Positions 38,112 through 47,690 of a DNA stretch of 64,000 nucleotides are shown here, in pieces. Every line of letters begins with the position of its first letter. Position 1 is the first letter of the stretch. A model generated the notes under the pieces. The model did no database searches, was not told where the DNA came from, and worked only from the letters and a program-made list of their open reading frames with translations. The stretch lies in the IMG/VR virus record IMGVR_UViG_3300009104_001476; one strand, 5' to 3'. The DNA is from a virus. A program made the position numbers and the translations under genes.

Positions 38112-39641
38112 ATGAGAGATTTCGAAGGTAGAAATTACATAAACGGAGAGTGGCGAGCTACTTCCGAAATGTATACAAAAATTAATCCGTCAACGGGTAA
38201 AGCTCAAGGGGCGTTTCCGTCAAGCGGCCCAAGTGAAGTTTCTAAAGCTGTACTGTCTGCGAGAAAAGCTTTTAAAAAATGGAGAAAGGTTAGCAGGTTT
38301 GTTCGTTCTGATTATATGAACAAGGTCGCTCAAATTATTGAAAGAGATAAAGAAAAGTTGGCTAAAATCATATCTTTAGAAACGGGTAAAAATTATAATG
38401 AAAGCATCGCAGAGGTTAATGAGGCTTTGCATATGGCTCAATTTGCTTTCGGCTCTGGTCGTTATAGCCATGGAGAGGCAGTATCTTCAGAGATTGAAGA
38501 TAAAGATGCTTACATGCTTAGGAAGCCTAAAGGTGTAATAGCTATCGTAACTCCTTTCAACTTTCCTCTGGCAATAGGTATGTTTTGGAACGCTGCACCA
38601 GCATTGGTGGAAGGAAATACAATAGTAATTAAACCAAGTGAAGATGCTCCGATGTCAACTCAAGCGGCTGTTCAAATTTATGCGGAAGCTGGTATCCCAC
38701 GTGGAGTCATTAATTTGGTGCATGGTGACGGTACTACTGGCAACCTTTTGGTTCATGATGATGTTGATCATATTTGTTTTACTGGTAGTGCCGATGTCGG
38801 ACAGCATATTCGTAAAGTGGCTGCAGAGTCTTGGCATAAGACTACCTCTTGTGAACTAGGCAGCAAATCTGCTTGCATCATTTTTGATGACGTTGAATTT
38901 AAATTAAGCATGGAGGCTGCGATCGCAAGCGCTTTTAAATTATCAGGGCAACGGTGTGTCTCTTCTGGTAGAATGATAGTGCAAAGAACTATCTATAGCG
39001 AGTTCGCAAAAAGATTTGCGGAGGAGGCGGCAAAATTAAAGACAGGGAATCCATTCAAGTCCATGCTTGGCACCTCAGGCTGCCCAGATGGTATGGTTTG
39101 GGAAGAGCTTGTGGCTGACGAAGACGTTTATTATGGTCCGATTATAAATGAGCAAGGGTTTTCTAAAATTAGGAGCATGAATAAAATGGTTATAGATGAC
39201 CCAGAAGCCGAAGTCCTTTTAGCTCCAGCTTACACCGGAGACCATAAATCTTATTACTCTACCCCAATGGTATATAAAACCGAGTGGAGAGACGTAAAGT
39301 ATTTAAAAAATGAGGTGTTTGGTCCTCACGTGGCGATTATCCCTTTTGATACGATGGAAGATGCGATTCGTATTTATAACGATACAGATTACGGTCTTGC
39401 GGTTGGGATTTTAACTAACGATTTTAGAAAAGCGAGAGTTATGAGGGACGAATGTGACGCAGGTATGATCTATTGGAATGGCGGGTCAATCGCAGCGGAA
39501 TCTCACTTAGCTTTTGGAGGAGTTAAGAAGTCCGGAAACGGATTCCCAAGCGCGGCCAGAACTTTTAGAGCAGTTACTCATGAAATAAGCTGGACTGTGA
39601 ACCATGCAGATGCTCTAACTTTTCCTCAGGGGATGAAGTGA
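38112..39641 (+). CDS. Aldehyde dehydrogenase (candidate aminoadipate-semialdehyde / P5C-type)
   Basis: TPFNFP, KPSE, FTGS, ELGSK (Glu), GQRCVS (Cys), EVFGP, FGGVKKSG. Confidence 0.95.
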   Translation: MRDFEGRNYINGEWRATSEMYTKINPSTGKAQGAFPSSGPSEVSKAVLSARKAFKKWRKVSRFVRSDYMNKVAQIIERDKEKLAKIISLETGKNYNESIAEVNEALHMAQFAFGSGRYSHGEAVSSEIEDKDAYMLRKPKGVIAIVTPFNFPLAIGMFWNAAPALVEGNTIVIKPSEDAPMSTQAAVQIYAEAGIPRGVINLVHGDGTTGNLLVHDDVDHICFTGSADVGQHIRKVAAESWHKTTSCELGSKSACIIFDDVEFKLSMEAAIASAFKLSGQRCVSSGRMIVQRTIYSEFAKRFAEEAAKLKTGNPFKSMLGTSGCPDGMVWEELVADEDVYYGPIINEQGFSKIRSMNKMVIDDPEAEVLLAPAYTGDHKSYYSTPMVYKTEWRDVKYLKNEVFGPHVAIIPFDTMEDAIRIYNDTDYGLAVGILTNDFRKARVMRDECDAGMIYWNGGSIAAESHLAFGGVKKSGNGFPSAARTFRAVTHEISWTVNHADALTFPQGMK

Positions 39642-40087
39642 TGAATGGAAAGGGAGATAAACCAAGACCTATGAATTTCAAAAGGTATCATCAAAATTAT
39701 GATGCTATTTTTAGTAAAAAAAAAGGAAAGAAAATGGAATTCCATATAGCGACAAAAGGAACGAAAGAGGATCAAAAACCTGTCGTCCTCGTAGACATTG
39801 ACGAAACTATTTGTTTTTACTCTGGTAATCGTAGATACGACCTAGCTGAACCGAGTAAAGAAAACATCGGCAAAATAAACAAGATGTATGACGAAGGGTG
39901 GAAAGTTATATATTGGACAGCTAGAGGTTCCGTATCAAAAAAAGATTATTATCAATACACTTGGGATCAGTTGGAGTCTTGGGGCTGTAAGTTCCATGAC
40001 TTATCTACAGGTACAGGAGGAACACACCCAAAACCTAATTATGATTTAGTTATTGACGATAAAGCAAAAAGAATAGAGGAAATATAA
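39638..40087 (+). CDS. HAD-family phosphatase-like protein with a short N-terminal GKGDKPRP extension
   Basis: LVDIDETI, YWTAR, PKP.YDLVIDDKA. Confidence 0.75.
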   Translation: MMNGKGDKPRPMNFKRYHQNYDAIFSKKKGKKMEFHIATKGTKEDQKPVVLVDIDETICFYSGNRRYDLAEPSKENIGKINKMYDEGWKVIYWTARGSVSKKDYYQYTWDQLESWGCKFHDLSTGTGGTHPKPNYDLVIDDKAKRIEEI

Positions 40088-40089
40088 TT

Positions 40090-40194
40090 ATGGCTAACAA
40101 AGAAAAGAGAAAAAAAGAAAAAAAGAAACCTGCTAAAAAGACACCAGCGGAAAAAAGAAAAGAGAAGAGAGAAAAGAAAAGAAGAGGCAAGTAA
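40090..40194 (+). CDS. 34-aa very basic peptide (not in track)
   Basis: MANKEKRKKEKKKPAKKTPAEKRKEKREKKRRGK; its TAA abuts the next ATG. Confidence 0.6.
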   Translation: MANKEKRKKEKKKPAKKTPAEKRKEKREKKRRGK

Positions 40195-41289
40195 ATGAGA
40201 GCTTATGTTCTAGGAGTCGGCAGGATGGGAACAGCCATTGCTTGGGCGATGGATAAATTAGGTTTTGAAGTGACAGGTATGGACACTAACCCTGACGCCG
40301 CAAACAATATGACAGGCTCTTTTTTTGTTGTTGATGACGCGGATGATATTTGTAAAGGCATCGTAGCAAACGGTCCAAGGCCAGACATTGTTATTAGCAG
40401 CTTGCCTTACCACCAAACGGAAGTGGTAGGCAAGTGGTGCGTAGATAACGAAGTACGCTATTGCGACTTAGGCGGCAGAGTAGATGTCTCGAAAAATATT
40501 AATGATCACGCCGAGCAGTTTGCGACTCGACCAGTTTTCACAGATTTAGGCTTAGCTCCCGGCTGGGTAAATATATTAGCCGAAGAGGGATGCAGGAAAT
40601 TCCATGGCTCTGCTGAAGAAGTTAAAATGATGGTCGGGGGCTTACCCGACTATTTAGAGAGCTCGAATAATCCATTGCGTTACGCACTTACTTGGTCTGT
40701 TGATGGATTGATCAATGAATATAGAGACGATTGCCTTATCCTTGAAGACGGAGAAGTAAAAACTGTAAAAGGAATGTCTGGGGTAGAACAGATAGAGGGC
40801 GAAAAGTTTGGACCCATGGAGGCTTTTTATACAAGTGGTGGCGCGTCACATTCAATTCACGACATGCAACGAAGAGGAGTTAAGAATTGCTCCTATAAAA
40901 CCATAAGGTACAGGGGTCATGGAGATATGGTTAGATTTTTGATTAGAGATTGCGATCTAGACGATGGAGCGTTAACTAAAATTTTCCGAGAAGGTTGCGG
41001 TACGGTAGATAAAGACGAGGTGTTTATCGTAGCAGAAGTGAAGGGCGGGGATAAAACTTGGAGACAGGAGAAGGTGATCAAATCTGACGAACAATTTTCA
41101 GCCATGCAAAAAGCTACGGCGTTTTCCATTTCCTCTGTAGCAGCGATTATGGCTCAAGGAAAGCTAGAGGGGAACATGGAACAGCGTAGAGACTATTGGA
41201 CTCAGTACCCAGCGGCCTTATCTTATGATAATGTGCCTTTTAATGAATTTAATAATAACTTAGAAAGATTATTGACTAGTGCTTTATAA
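40195..41289 (+). CDS. Saccharopine dehydrogenase / lysine 6-dehydrogenase family oxidoreductase
   Basis: GVGRMG, YCDLGG, GLAPG, VGGLP, YALTWSVDGLINEY, EAFYTSGG, YKTIRY.GH. Confidence 0.9.
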   Translation: MRAYVLGVGRMGTAIAWAMDKLGFEVTGMDTNPDAANNMTGSFFVVDDADDICKGIVANGPRPDIVISSLPYHQTEVVGKWCVDNEVRYCDLGGRVDVSKNINDHAEQFATRPVFTDLGLAPGWVNILAEEGCRKFHGSAEEVKMMVGGLPDYLESSNNPLRYALTWSVDGLINEYRDDCLILEDGEVKTVKGMSGVEQIEGEKFGPMEAFYTSGGASHSIHDMQRRGVKNCSYKTIRYRGHGDMVRFLIRDCDLDDGALTKIFREGCGTVDKDEVFIVAEVKGGDKTWRQEKVIKSDEQFSAMQKATAFSISSVAAIMAQGKLEGNMEQRRDYWTQYPAALSYDNVPFNEFNNNLERLLTSAL

Positions 41290-41300
41290 AAGTATATCTT
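41272..41300 (+). promoter_or_regulatory. sigma70-type promoter TTGACT-17-TATCTT
   Basis: ATG 6 nt after the -10 box. Confidence 0.5.
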
Positions 41301-41306
41301 TTCCAG

Positions 41307-41918
41307 ATGATTAATTATTGCGATTTCTCAGAAAAAGAACTAATAAGTAAATCTGTAGAAGGTGAGAAAAAAGCCTTTGAAGAACTCTTGTCTAGAAATA
41401 AAGGCAGGGTAGAGGGGTGGATTTTATCATTCACCAAGCAGTCTGAAATTGTTCAGGATATTTTTCAAATAACTTCTCTAAAAGCTTGGAGATTCTTAGA
41501 TAAATTTAGAGGTGATTGCAAATTCAGCACTTGGATGTGCAATATTGCTAGAAATAGTTATTATGATTTTTATAGGGCGAAGCAAAGACGTCCAGAGATT
41601 TCTTTAGATGCCCTATTAGAGGAACAGAAGAAGAATGGAGGAGCTTTTGAGTTTTATAATTGTGAGACAGAAGAGCATCCGAGAAATAAAGAACAAGATT
41701 CAAATTATTATTTAACTGAAATAAGTAAAAAATTGGAGTTTTTAGACCCAAGACATAGAGACCCATTGATAATGTTTGTTGGAGAAGGCTTAGAGTATTC
41801 TGAAATTGCGGAGAAGTTGAATTGTCCGGTGGGGACTGTAATGTCTAGAATTTTTTACGCTAGAAAAAAAGCCCAAAAGATTTTGAGTCCTTTGAGAAAT
41901 GAGCTTATCACAAAATAG
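41307..41918 (+). CDS. ECF-type RNA polymerase sigma factor
   Basis: Region 2 KAWRFLDKFRGDCKFSTWMCNIARN; region 4 YSEIAEKLNCPVGTVMSRIFYARKK. Confidence 0.92.
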   Translation: MINYCDFSEKELISKSVEGEKKAFEELLSRNKGRVEGWILSFTKQSEIVQDIFQITSLKAWRFLDKFRGDCKFSTWMCNIARNSYYDFYRAKQRRPEISLDALLEEQKKNGGAFEFYNCETEEHPRNKEQDSNYYLTEISKKLEFLDPRHRDPLIMFVGEGLEYSEIAEKLNCPVGTVMSRIFYARKKAQKILSPLRNELITK

Positions 41919-42375
41919 ACTAACTTGGTCAGAATACGCTTTAAACATAGCGGAAGCTGCTTCATTGAGGAGCGAAGACCCTTACGTGAAGGTTGGAGCT
42001 TGTGCTTTAGATCATGACTATAGAGTGTTAGGGGTTGGTTACAATGGGGTAGCCTCTGGTAAAGATACGGGCTATGATTTTTGGAGAGATAGAGATTCTC
42101 GTAGGCCTTTTATTATCCATGCGGAAGCTAATTGTTTGTCCCTCTTTAAAAGAGGTGAATGTCAAATTTTAGCTGTTACGCTCTTACCATGCTCTCATTG
42201 TGCTACAATGATCGCTGGTTATGGGATAGGTCAAGTGGTTTATAGAGATGAGTACGAAAAAGATGAAGGCGCTAAAAAAATTTTTGATTTCTATGGGATT
42301 CGGTATCGTAAAATAAAAAAAACTGAAAAATTTTCCGAAGACCAAAAAAATCCCAAAGTGGACGATATACTATAG
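41899..42375 (+). CDS. dCMP deaminase
   Basis: KVGAC, HAEAN, PCSHC. Confidence 0.92.
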   Translation: MSLSQNRLTWSEYALNIAEAASLRSEDPYVKVGACALDHDYRVLGVGYNGVASGKDTGYDFWRDRDSRRPFIIHAEANCLSLFKRGECQILAVTLLPCSHCATMIAGYGIGQVVYRDEYEKDEGAKKIFDFYGIRYRKIKKTEKFSEDQKNPKVDDIL

Positions 42376-42391
42376 TGGACGATATACAGAG

Positions 42392-42562
42392 ATGGCTAAA
42401 AAACACAGAAAATATTTTAGGACTAAAAAAGGCAAGAAAGCTTTAAGAAAAGCGCGTAAAGCTTATGACGAGAGAGACCCCGAAAGAAGAAGACGTCAGA
42501 AAAGAGAGTACATGAGGAGGAAAAGGCAAAAAGAAAGAGAGCAAAGAGAGGAAATAGAATGA
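42392..42562 (+). CDS. 56-aa Arg/Lys-rich protein (not in track)
   Basis: MAKKTQKYFRTKKGKKALRKARKAYDERDPERRRRQKREYMRRKRQKE...; overlaps next ATG. Confidence 0.6.
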   Translation: MAKKHRKYFRTKKGKKALRKARKAYDERDPERRRRQKREYMRRKRQKEREQREEIE

Positions 42563-43473
42563 ATGTCCTTTTAACATCTGTGGGCTGTATGGGTTATGTG
42601 GGCTTAATAAAAGCTTTTCAAAAAGAGGAGTGTAAAGTTTTTGGCGTAGATTGCTCCAGTGATGCTGTCGGTTTTAGTTTTTGTGATGGCTCCGCAGTAG
42701 TCCCTCACGGAGATAACGAAGCTTACACCACTGAATTATTAAAAGTCTGTAAGGATTATAATATAGAATTAATTGTGCCTTCTTCTGATAACGAAATATT
42801 AAAAGTGGCAGAGGACAGGCCGATGTTTGAAGGCTTGGGCGTGTCGGTATTATTGCCTTCTGACAACTCTTTGAGGATTTGTAATGATAAGAGTCATTTT
42901 TATGAGCACTTATTTGGGTGGGGCATACTCCATCCGGAAGTTCGTAACCCTTTAGACGCAGAATTTCCAGCTATACTAAAACCGAAAGTGGGAAAAGGCT
43001 CCACGGGTGTTCGTGTTATCACGAAGATGGATCAGTTAAAACCGTGGAGGGAGTGGAATACAAATTGCATTCTTCAAGATTTTATAAAAGGGGATGAATA
43101 TACCGTAGATATTCTAGCGAATAAGAGTTCTACAATTTTGTCTATGGTTCAAAGAAAAAGAACTCGCGTAGAATCTGGAATTAGCGTGGCGGCGGAAGTG
43201 GTAGAGGATGAGCATGGTAGAGCCATTTGTAGCCAGCTAAACGATAGATTACAGATGCGCGGAATGTACTGTGTTCAATACATCAAGAACTCAAACGGCA
43301 TATATGTATTAGAGATTAACCCTAGATTTGGCGGGGGGAGCGTTTTATCTTTAAGAGCTGACCCTACAATTATTTTAAATTATTTAAACATTGCTCAAGA
43401 TAAGCCTATAGAGGTCTTATGCGATCCAGCGAAAATAAAAATGAGGCGTTATTATGCGGAAGTCTTCGAATAA
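42559..43473 (+). CDS. ATP-grasp ligase (CarB/PylC-like)
   Basis: ICNDK, ILKPKVGKGS, QDFIKGDEYTVD, LEINPRFGG. Confidence 0.9.
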   Translation: MNVLLTSVGCMGYVGLIKAFQKEECKVFGVDCSSDAVGFSFCDGSAVVPHGDNEAYTTELLKVCKDYNIELIVPSSDNEILKVAEDRPMFEGLGVSVLLPSDNSLRICNDKSHFYEHLFGWGILHPEVRNPLDAEFPAILKPKVGKGSTGVRVITKMDQLKPWREWNTNCILQDFIKGDEYTVDILANKSSTILSMVQRKRTRVESGISVAAEVVEDEHGRAICSQLNDRLQMRGMYCVQYIKNSNGIYVLEINPRFGGGSVLSLRADPTIILNYLNIAQDKPIEVLCDPAKIKMRRYYAEVFE

Positions 43474-44164
43474 AGTACTAGTAATTAGCCCTCATTCTGA
43501 CGATAGTGAATATGGCTTAGGAGGTACTATTATTCGCCATTTGCAGGAAGGGGATTATGTCCATATAGGGTTAGTTGTCGCGGATTCTGTAGATTTCGTT
43601 CACGTGGACAGCGCTATTGTCCCTAGCGATGTCAGGGTTAGAGAATTTATGGAGGTTATACAAGCTTATTCCAAATATGGGAATATAAGGTCTAGCATAT
43701 GGATGACAGACGAGACGAATGATTATGGTTTTGGTTTGGAAAGCAGGCTCGACGCGATACCCATTCGAGACGTAGTGAATTATGTAGAGAAAGAGATGAA
43801 AAGCCTTAAACCTAACGTATTATATTATCCGAGTAAAAGTCACCATCAGGATCATCGCGTGGTTTACGAAGCTTGCTCGACTGCTTGTAGGCCGACCCAG
43901 CCGTTTTTACCAGACGAAATATATCTTTACGAGTTGCCCACCTCTTTTTGGAATAACAATAAAGAGAGATATTTCGTGCCAAATACTTATGTTTCAATAG
44001 ATATTGACAAGAAATCAGAAGTGGTGGGGCTTCATAAGTCCCAAATAAGACCTCAAGACAATAAGTTAAGTGCTGAGTCTATAATAGATCAAGCTAAAGT
44101 TAGAGGAGATGAGGTCGGGGAGAGGTATTGTGAGGCTTTTGAGTTAATAAGAAGTAAAAGATGA
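43454..44164 (+). CDS. PIG-L/LmbE family deacetylase
   Basis: PHSDDSEYG.GG, HHQDH, HKSQ, EAF. Confidence 0.9.
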   Translation: MRKSSNKVLVISPHSDDSEYGLGGTIIRHLQEGDYVHIGLVVADSVDFVHVDSAIVPSDVRVREFMEVIQAYSKYGNIRSSIWMTDETNDYGFGLESRLDAIPIRDVVNYVEKEMKSLKPNVLYYPSKSHHQDHRVVYEACSTACRPTQPFLPDEIYLYELPTSFWNNNKERYFVPNTYVSIDIDKKSEVVGLHKSQIRPQDNKLSAESIIDQAKVRGDEVGERYCEAFELIRSKR

Positions 44165-44877
44165 AAATAAATTACTTATTTGATATAGACGGAACCTTGA
44201 CTCCCCCTCGAAGTAAAATGACTAGTGAGTTTTCTTTCTTTTTTTTAAATTGGATGACAGGCAGAAACATTTACTTGGTGACGGGTAGCGATAGGGAAAA
44301 AATTATACAACAAGTTCCAAACAGTATATTAGTTAGGTGCAAGGGTGTTTTTTCATCTATGGCTAACGAATTCAGAAGTGAGGATCAGTTGATTTATAGT
44401 AATGATTGGAATCCTTCCCCTAAGTTAATTAAAGACTTAACAATGATTCGTGCAAGCTCAAACTATGATCTGAAAAAAGAGAATTACATAGAGTACAGGA
44501 AGGGCATGGTTAATTTTTCGGTAGCCGGTAGAGAATCTACCATAAAACAAAGGCGGAGATATTCGGCTTGGGATAAAGAGAATAATGAAAGAGAAGGTAT
44601 CGTAAAAACCTTAAGAGCTAAATATAAAAGGCTTGAATTTTGTCTAGGCGGAGAAATAAGCATAGATATACAGCCGAAAGGCAAGAATAAGTCTCAAGCG
44701 AGCAAATGGATTCGTAAATATGAAGGTGGAAAAATAGTATTTTTTGGAGATAAATGCATGGAAGGCGGGAATGATTATGATATTGTTGAAGATATCAAAA
44801 AAAACAAGAAGGACAAGTATTTTCAGGTTGACAATTTTTTAACTACCCGTAAACTATTAGAAGCGGATGAAGAATAA
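44161..44877 (+). CDS. Eukaryote-type phosphomannomutase (HAD IIB)
   Basis: FDIDGTLT, GMVNFS, GGEISIDI, FFGDK..GGNDY. Confidence 0.88.
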   Translation: MKINYLFDIDGTLTPPRSKMTSEFSFFFLNWMTGRNIYLVTGSDREKIIQQVPNSILVRCKGVFSSMANEFRSEDQLIYSNDWNPSPKLIKDLTMIRASSNYDLKKENYIEYRKGMVNFSVAGRESTIKQRRRYSAWDKENNEREGIVKTLRAKYKRLEFCLGGEISIDIQPKGKNKSQASKWIRKYEGGKIVFFGDKCMEGGNDYDIVEDIKKNKKDKYFQVDNFLTTRKLLEADEE

Positions 44878-45073
44878 GCAACAAGCTTTAGCTCTGTTGG
44901 AAGATTTAATAGAGGCTTCTTCTAATATAGATGAATTACATAAGAAAAAATCTATACAGGAAGGCAAAGCGGTAAGAGCGGTGGGCGAGAGTTGGCTGTT
45001 GTTCCATTTAAGAGTGTTGCGCGACTTAATTAACGAGGAAGAAGCTCATGGACAAAAAGAAACTAAAAACTAA
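44867..45073 (+). CDS. Hypothetical protein
   Basis: ORF track. Confidence 0.55.
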   Translation: MKNKQQALALLEDLIEASSNIDELHKKKSIQEGKAVRAVGESWLLFHLRVLRDLINEEEAHGQKETKN

Positions 45074-45590
45074 AGACGGTAGCGAATTCACTGTTTTTTA
45101 TTTAAAAACAGAGCCCAAATGGGGAAAAGATAAATTCGGACACAATGCCGATGAGAACAAATACTATTTAACGCCCGAAGAGGCGGAACCTATAGTGCAA
45201 GATAATTACGCTTCTTGGGAAATAAAAGAGGCAGGGCTGTGGGACATTTACGGTCACCTTTATAAAGACCAAGAAAAGTCTTTAGAGGGTGACTTTTTTG
45301 ACTTTCCTTTCCCCTCTTTTGGTTTACCTTTCTCCAAGAAAGAAGAAGTCGTGATAGACGATAGAATAGAGTCGGATGCAGTTTTAACCCCTTTAAAGGG
45401 CTGTGTATATAGATATTCACAAGATATGCGTCTTTATAGGTACGTCTCAGAAAAAATGGTAGATCAGGAGCCCCTTTGGGAGCTTGCAGATAACAAGAAG
45501 AATATTTACCTTGTGCCAGCGGAAGATTGCTATCTTTATGCCGTTAACCAAAACGAGCTAGATGAATTTTTGAGAAAGGAGACTGGCTGA
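45048..45590 (+). CDS. Hypothetical protein
   Basis: ORF track. Confidence 0.55.
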   Translation: MDKKKLKTKDGSEFTVFYLKTEPKWGKDKFGHNADENKYYLTPEEAEPIVQDNYASWEIKEAGLWDIYGHLYKDQEKSLEGDFFDFPFPSFGLPFSKKEEVVIDDRIESDAVLTPLKGCVYRYSQDMRLYRYVSEKMVDQEPLWELADNKKNIYLVPAEDCYLYAVNQNELDEFLRKETG

Positions 45591-45591
45591 C

Positions 45592-46242
45592 ATGGCTTTT
45601 TTAGATGTTAATAACCTACTCTCTACGCCCAAGTGGCGACATATTAGCGGTCAAGGAATGTGTCACAGACCTCACAAAAGGCTTATTTTGCAAAGTTTAG
45701 TTTCCGTTTTAGAGTCTCATGTAGAAGGGGATATAGTCGAGTTAGGTTGTCACGAGGGCGGACTAAGCAAATATCTCAAACTCGTATTAGATTTATACGA
45801 CGTGTACCCGCATCGTAAGAAGCTTTATCTTTATGATAGCTTTGAAGGACTCCCAACCAGTCGCCGTGCTCACGAAGCGGGATGGGAGGGGATGGAGACA
45901 ACAGTAGAGGAAGTCCTCCTATCTTTTGAAATTAATAATATCTCCCCCCCATATAAAATACATAAAGGTTGGTTCAAAGAACTTAAACCGGAGGACTTGC
46001 CCGAAAAAATCGCTTTCGCTTTTTATGATGGTGATTTATATGAGAGTATTTACGATAGCTTTGAAAAGACTTACCACTTGGTTTCCGAAGGGGGTACGAT
46101 AGTAATTCACGATTACGGAGACCCTAGGTTTAAAGGGGTCGAAGAGGCTTGTCTCGATTTTTTAGGGGACAAAGCCCAAGATATTGTAATGTCCGATGAG
46201 TCAGCCGAATGCCGGTTCGTAGGAGTTTTACAAAAAAAATAA
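45592..46242 (+). CDS. TylF/MycF/NovP-family sugar O-methyltransferase
   Basis: EGDIVELGC, YDSFEGLP, GWF, DGDLYES, IHDY. Confidence 0.88.
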   Translation: MAFLDVNNLLSTPKWRHISGQGMCHRPHKRLILQSLVSVLESHVEGDIVELGCHEGGLSKYLKLVLDLYDVYPHRKKLYLYDSFEGLPTSRRAHEAGWEGMETTVEEVLLSFEINNISPPYKIHKGWFKELKPEDLPEKIAFAFYDGDLYESIYDSFEKTYHLVSEGGTIVIHDYGDPRFKGVEEACLDFLGDKAQDIVMSDESAECRFVGVLQKK

Positions 46243-46359
46243 TATAATGAAAAATAAAAAATACAACATTGATCATAAGAATAATAAATTCGATGATAAT
46301 CGCTTATCGAACCTTAAACTTATTAAGATTGAACCAAATAAACCAAAGAAGCCTTTAAA

Positions 46360-46590
46360 ATGAAAAAATCCTTATATAAAGCCTTAGAATCCAGATACAA
46401 AGCCGAACTGCATGAAGCAGAAGCCACCCTTGAGGTATATTTCAACAATGCCGTTGGAATTGGCGAACATCCTCAAATGGTAGAAGAAATGGCAAAACAG
46501 TTAGAGAAAATGTCCAACGCGGAAGACTGTTTACTGACCTTGGAAGAAAACTTCAAAGAGGAGGAAGAGTACAGGTGTAAGCCTTTATGA
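46360..46590 (+). CDS. Conserved phage-type hypothetical protein
   Basis: Y..N.VGIGEHP..VEE motif (recalled from marine phages, unverified). Confidence 0.65.
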   Translation: MKKSLYKALESRYKAELHEAEATLEVYFNNAVGIGEHPQMVEEMAKQLEKMSNAEDCLLTLEENFKEEEEYRCKPL

Positions 46591-46591
46591 A

Positions 46592-46780
46592 ATGCCGTTG
46601 TCTCACAAGGAATTTATTGAAGCTTTAACAGAGATAGAACAGGAATACATAAAATTAAGAAGTAGTGACTCTTCACACGAAAGAAGAACAGCCCAATTAG
46701 CTTTGCTTGTTTTAAATAGACTGAAGAGAAGAATAACAAAGAAGATAATTGAGAAACATGGAAATCAAACTAAAACATAA
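46592..46780 (+). CDS. Hypothetical protein
   Basis: ORF track. Confidence 0.5.
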   Translation: MPLSHKEFIEALTEIEQEYIKLRSSDSSHERRTAQLALLVLNRLKRRITKKIIEKHGNQTKT

Positions 46781-46970
46781 AGACGGCAGATCAATGCCTC
46801 TCGAAAGAGCTTTGAGAATTCTTAAGAAGAAGCTTGATAAAGAGGGCACTATTAAAGAGGTTAGAAAACGTAGATTTTACGAGAAGAAAAGCGTTAAAAA
46901 ATACAGGAAAAAGAAAAACGCTAAATATGCCGCTAAGATGCAAGCTAAAGAAAACGAACTTTGGCGTTGA
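46758..46970 (+). CDS. rpsU: Ribosomal protein bS21 homolog
   Basis: [29 protein letters not shown] pattern; small and basic. Confidence 0.88.
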   Translation: MEIKLKHKDGRSMPLERALRILKKKLDKEGTIKEVRKRRFYEKKSVKKYRKKKNAKYAAKMQAKENELWR

Positions 46971-46995
46971 CTTTGTTTTAACCTTCATGTAATAT
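46967..46995 (+). promoter_or_regulatory. sigma70-type promoter TTGACT-17-TAATAT
   Basis: ATG 6 nt after the -10 box. Confidence 0.65.
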
Positions 46996-47001
46996 AAATA
47001 C

Positions 47002-47547
47002 ATGGAGAACAAAAATGTTTTAGATAAGACTCGTACCTATTTAGTGGGACATATGCAATACTCCGATGGTAGAGATTGGAGAGAGCATGTCGAAAAAGAG
47101 TTAGAGTCTTTAAACATCACAGTCTTTAATCCTTATAAAAAACCTTTCGTAAAGGATGTCAATGAAGACGAAACTGCTCGAACAAGAATGTCGGAAGACA
47201 TGGTTAATGGTTACTACAGTGATGTAGCCGAAAGGATGAGCACGGTTCGTAGTTACGATCTTAACCTAGTAGATAGATCTGATTTTATTATAGCTCATTT
47301 ACTTCCAGATGTTGCAAGCTGGGGCAGCGCAGAAGAAATTGTTACCGCAGTAAGAATGAAGAAACCTATATTCATTTCAATGGAAGGCGGAAAATCCCAA
47401 ACACCTCTTTGGATTATGGGTATGCTTCCGCATCATTATATTTATGATAGTGTTGATGATGTTTTATCAATGATTCACCAAATAAACGACGGAAATAAAG
47501 CTATTGATAGCGATAGGTGGAGGCTTTTAAGAAAGGAGTTACGATAA
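47002..47547 (+). CDS. Nucleoside 2-deoxyribosyltransferase / nucleotide N-glycosidase-like protein
   Basis: YLVGHM, D..LVDRSDFIIA, GSAEEI. Confidence 0.7.
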   Translation: MENKNVLDKTRTYLVGHMQYSDGRDWREHVEKELESLNITVFNPYKKPFVKDVNEDETARTRMSEDMVNGYYSDVAERMSTVRSYDLNLVDRSDFIIAHLLPDVASWGSAEEIVTAVRMKKPIFISMEGGKSQTPLWIMGMLPHHYIYDSVDDVLSMIHQINDGNKAIDSDRWRLLRKELR

Positions 47548-47550
47548 TCT

Positions 47551-47682
47551 ATGTTACCCGATTGGCTATATAAAATAGAGAGGAAGTTAGATGATTGTAA
47601 TCATATCATGGAGCTAGGTAGAACCTGTTTAGCTCTTTGCACTTTAGTGCTTCAAGTTGTAATACTGTTAAAATTATTTAAT
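47551..47682 (+). CDS. Small membrane peptide (43 aa, not in track)
   Basis: MLPDW...RTCLALCTLVLQVVILLKLF. Confidence 0.45.
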
Positions 47683-47690
47683 GTGATTTG

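Noticed and set aside
42358-42387. 13-bp direct repeat GTGGACGATATAC as an att site or target-site duplication
   Set aside because: Copies are only 4 nt apart with no integrase or transposase nearby; looks like a local duplication at a gene junction
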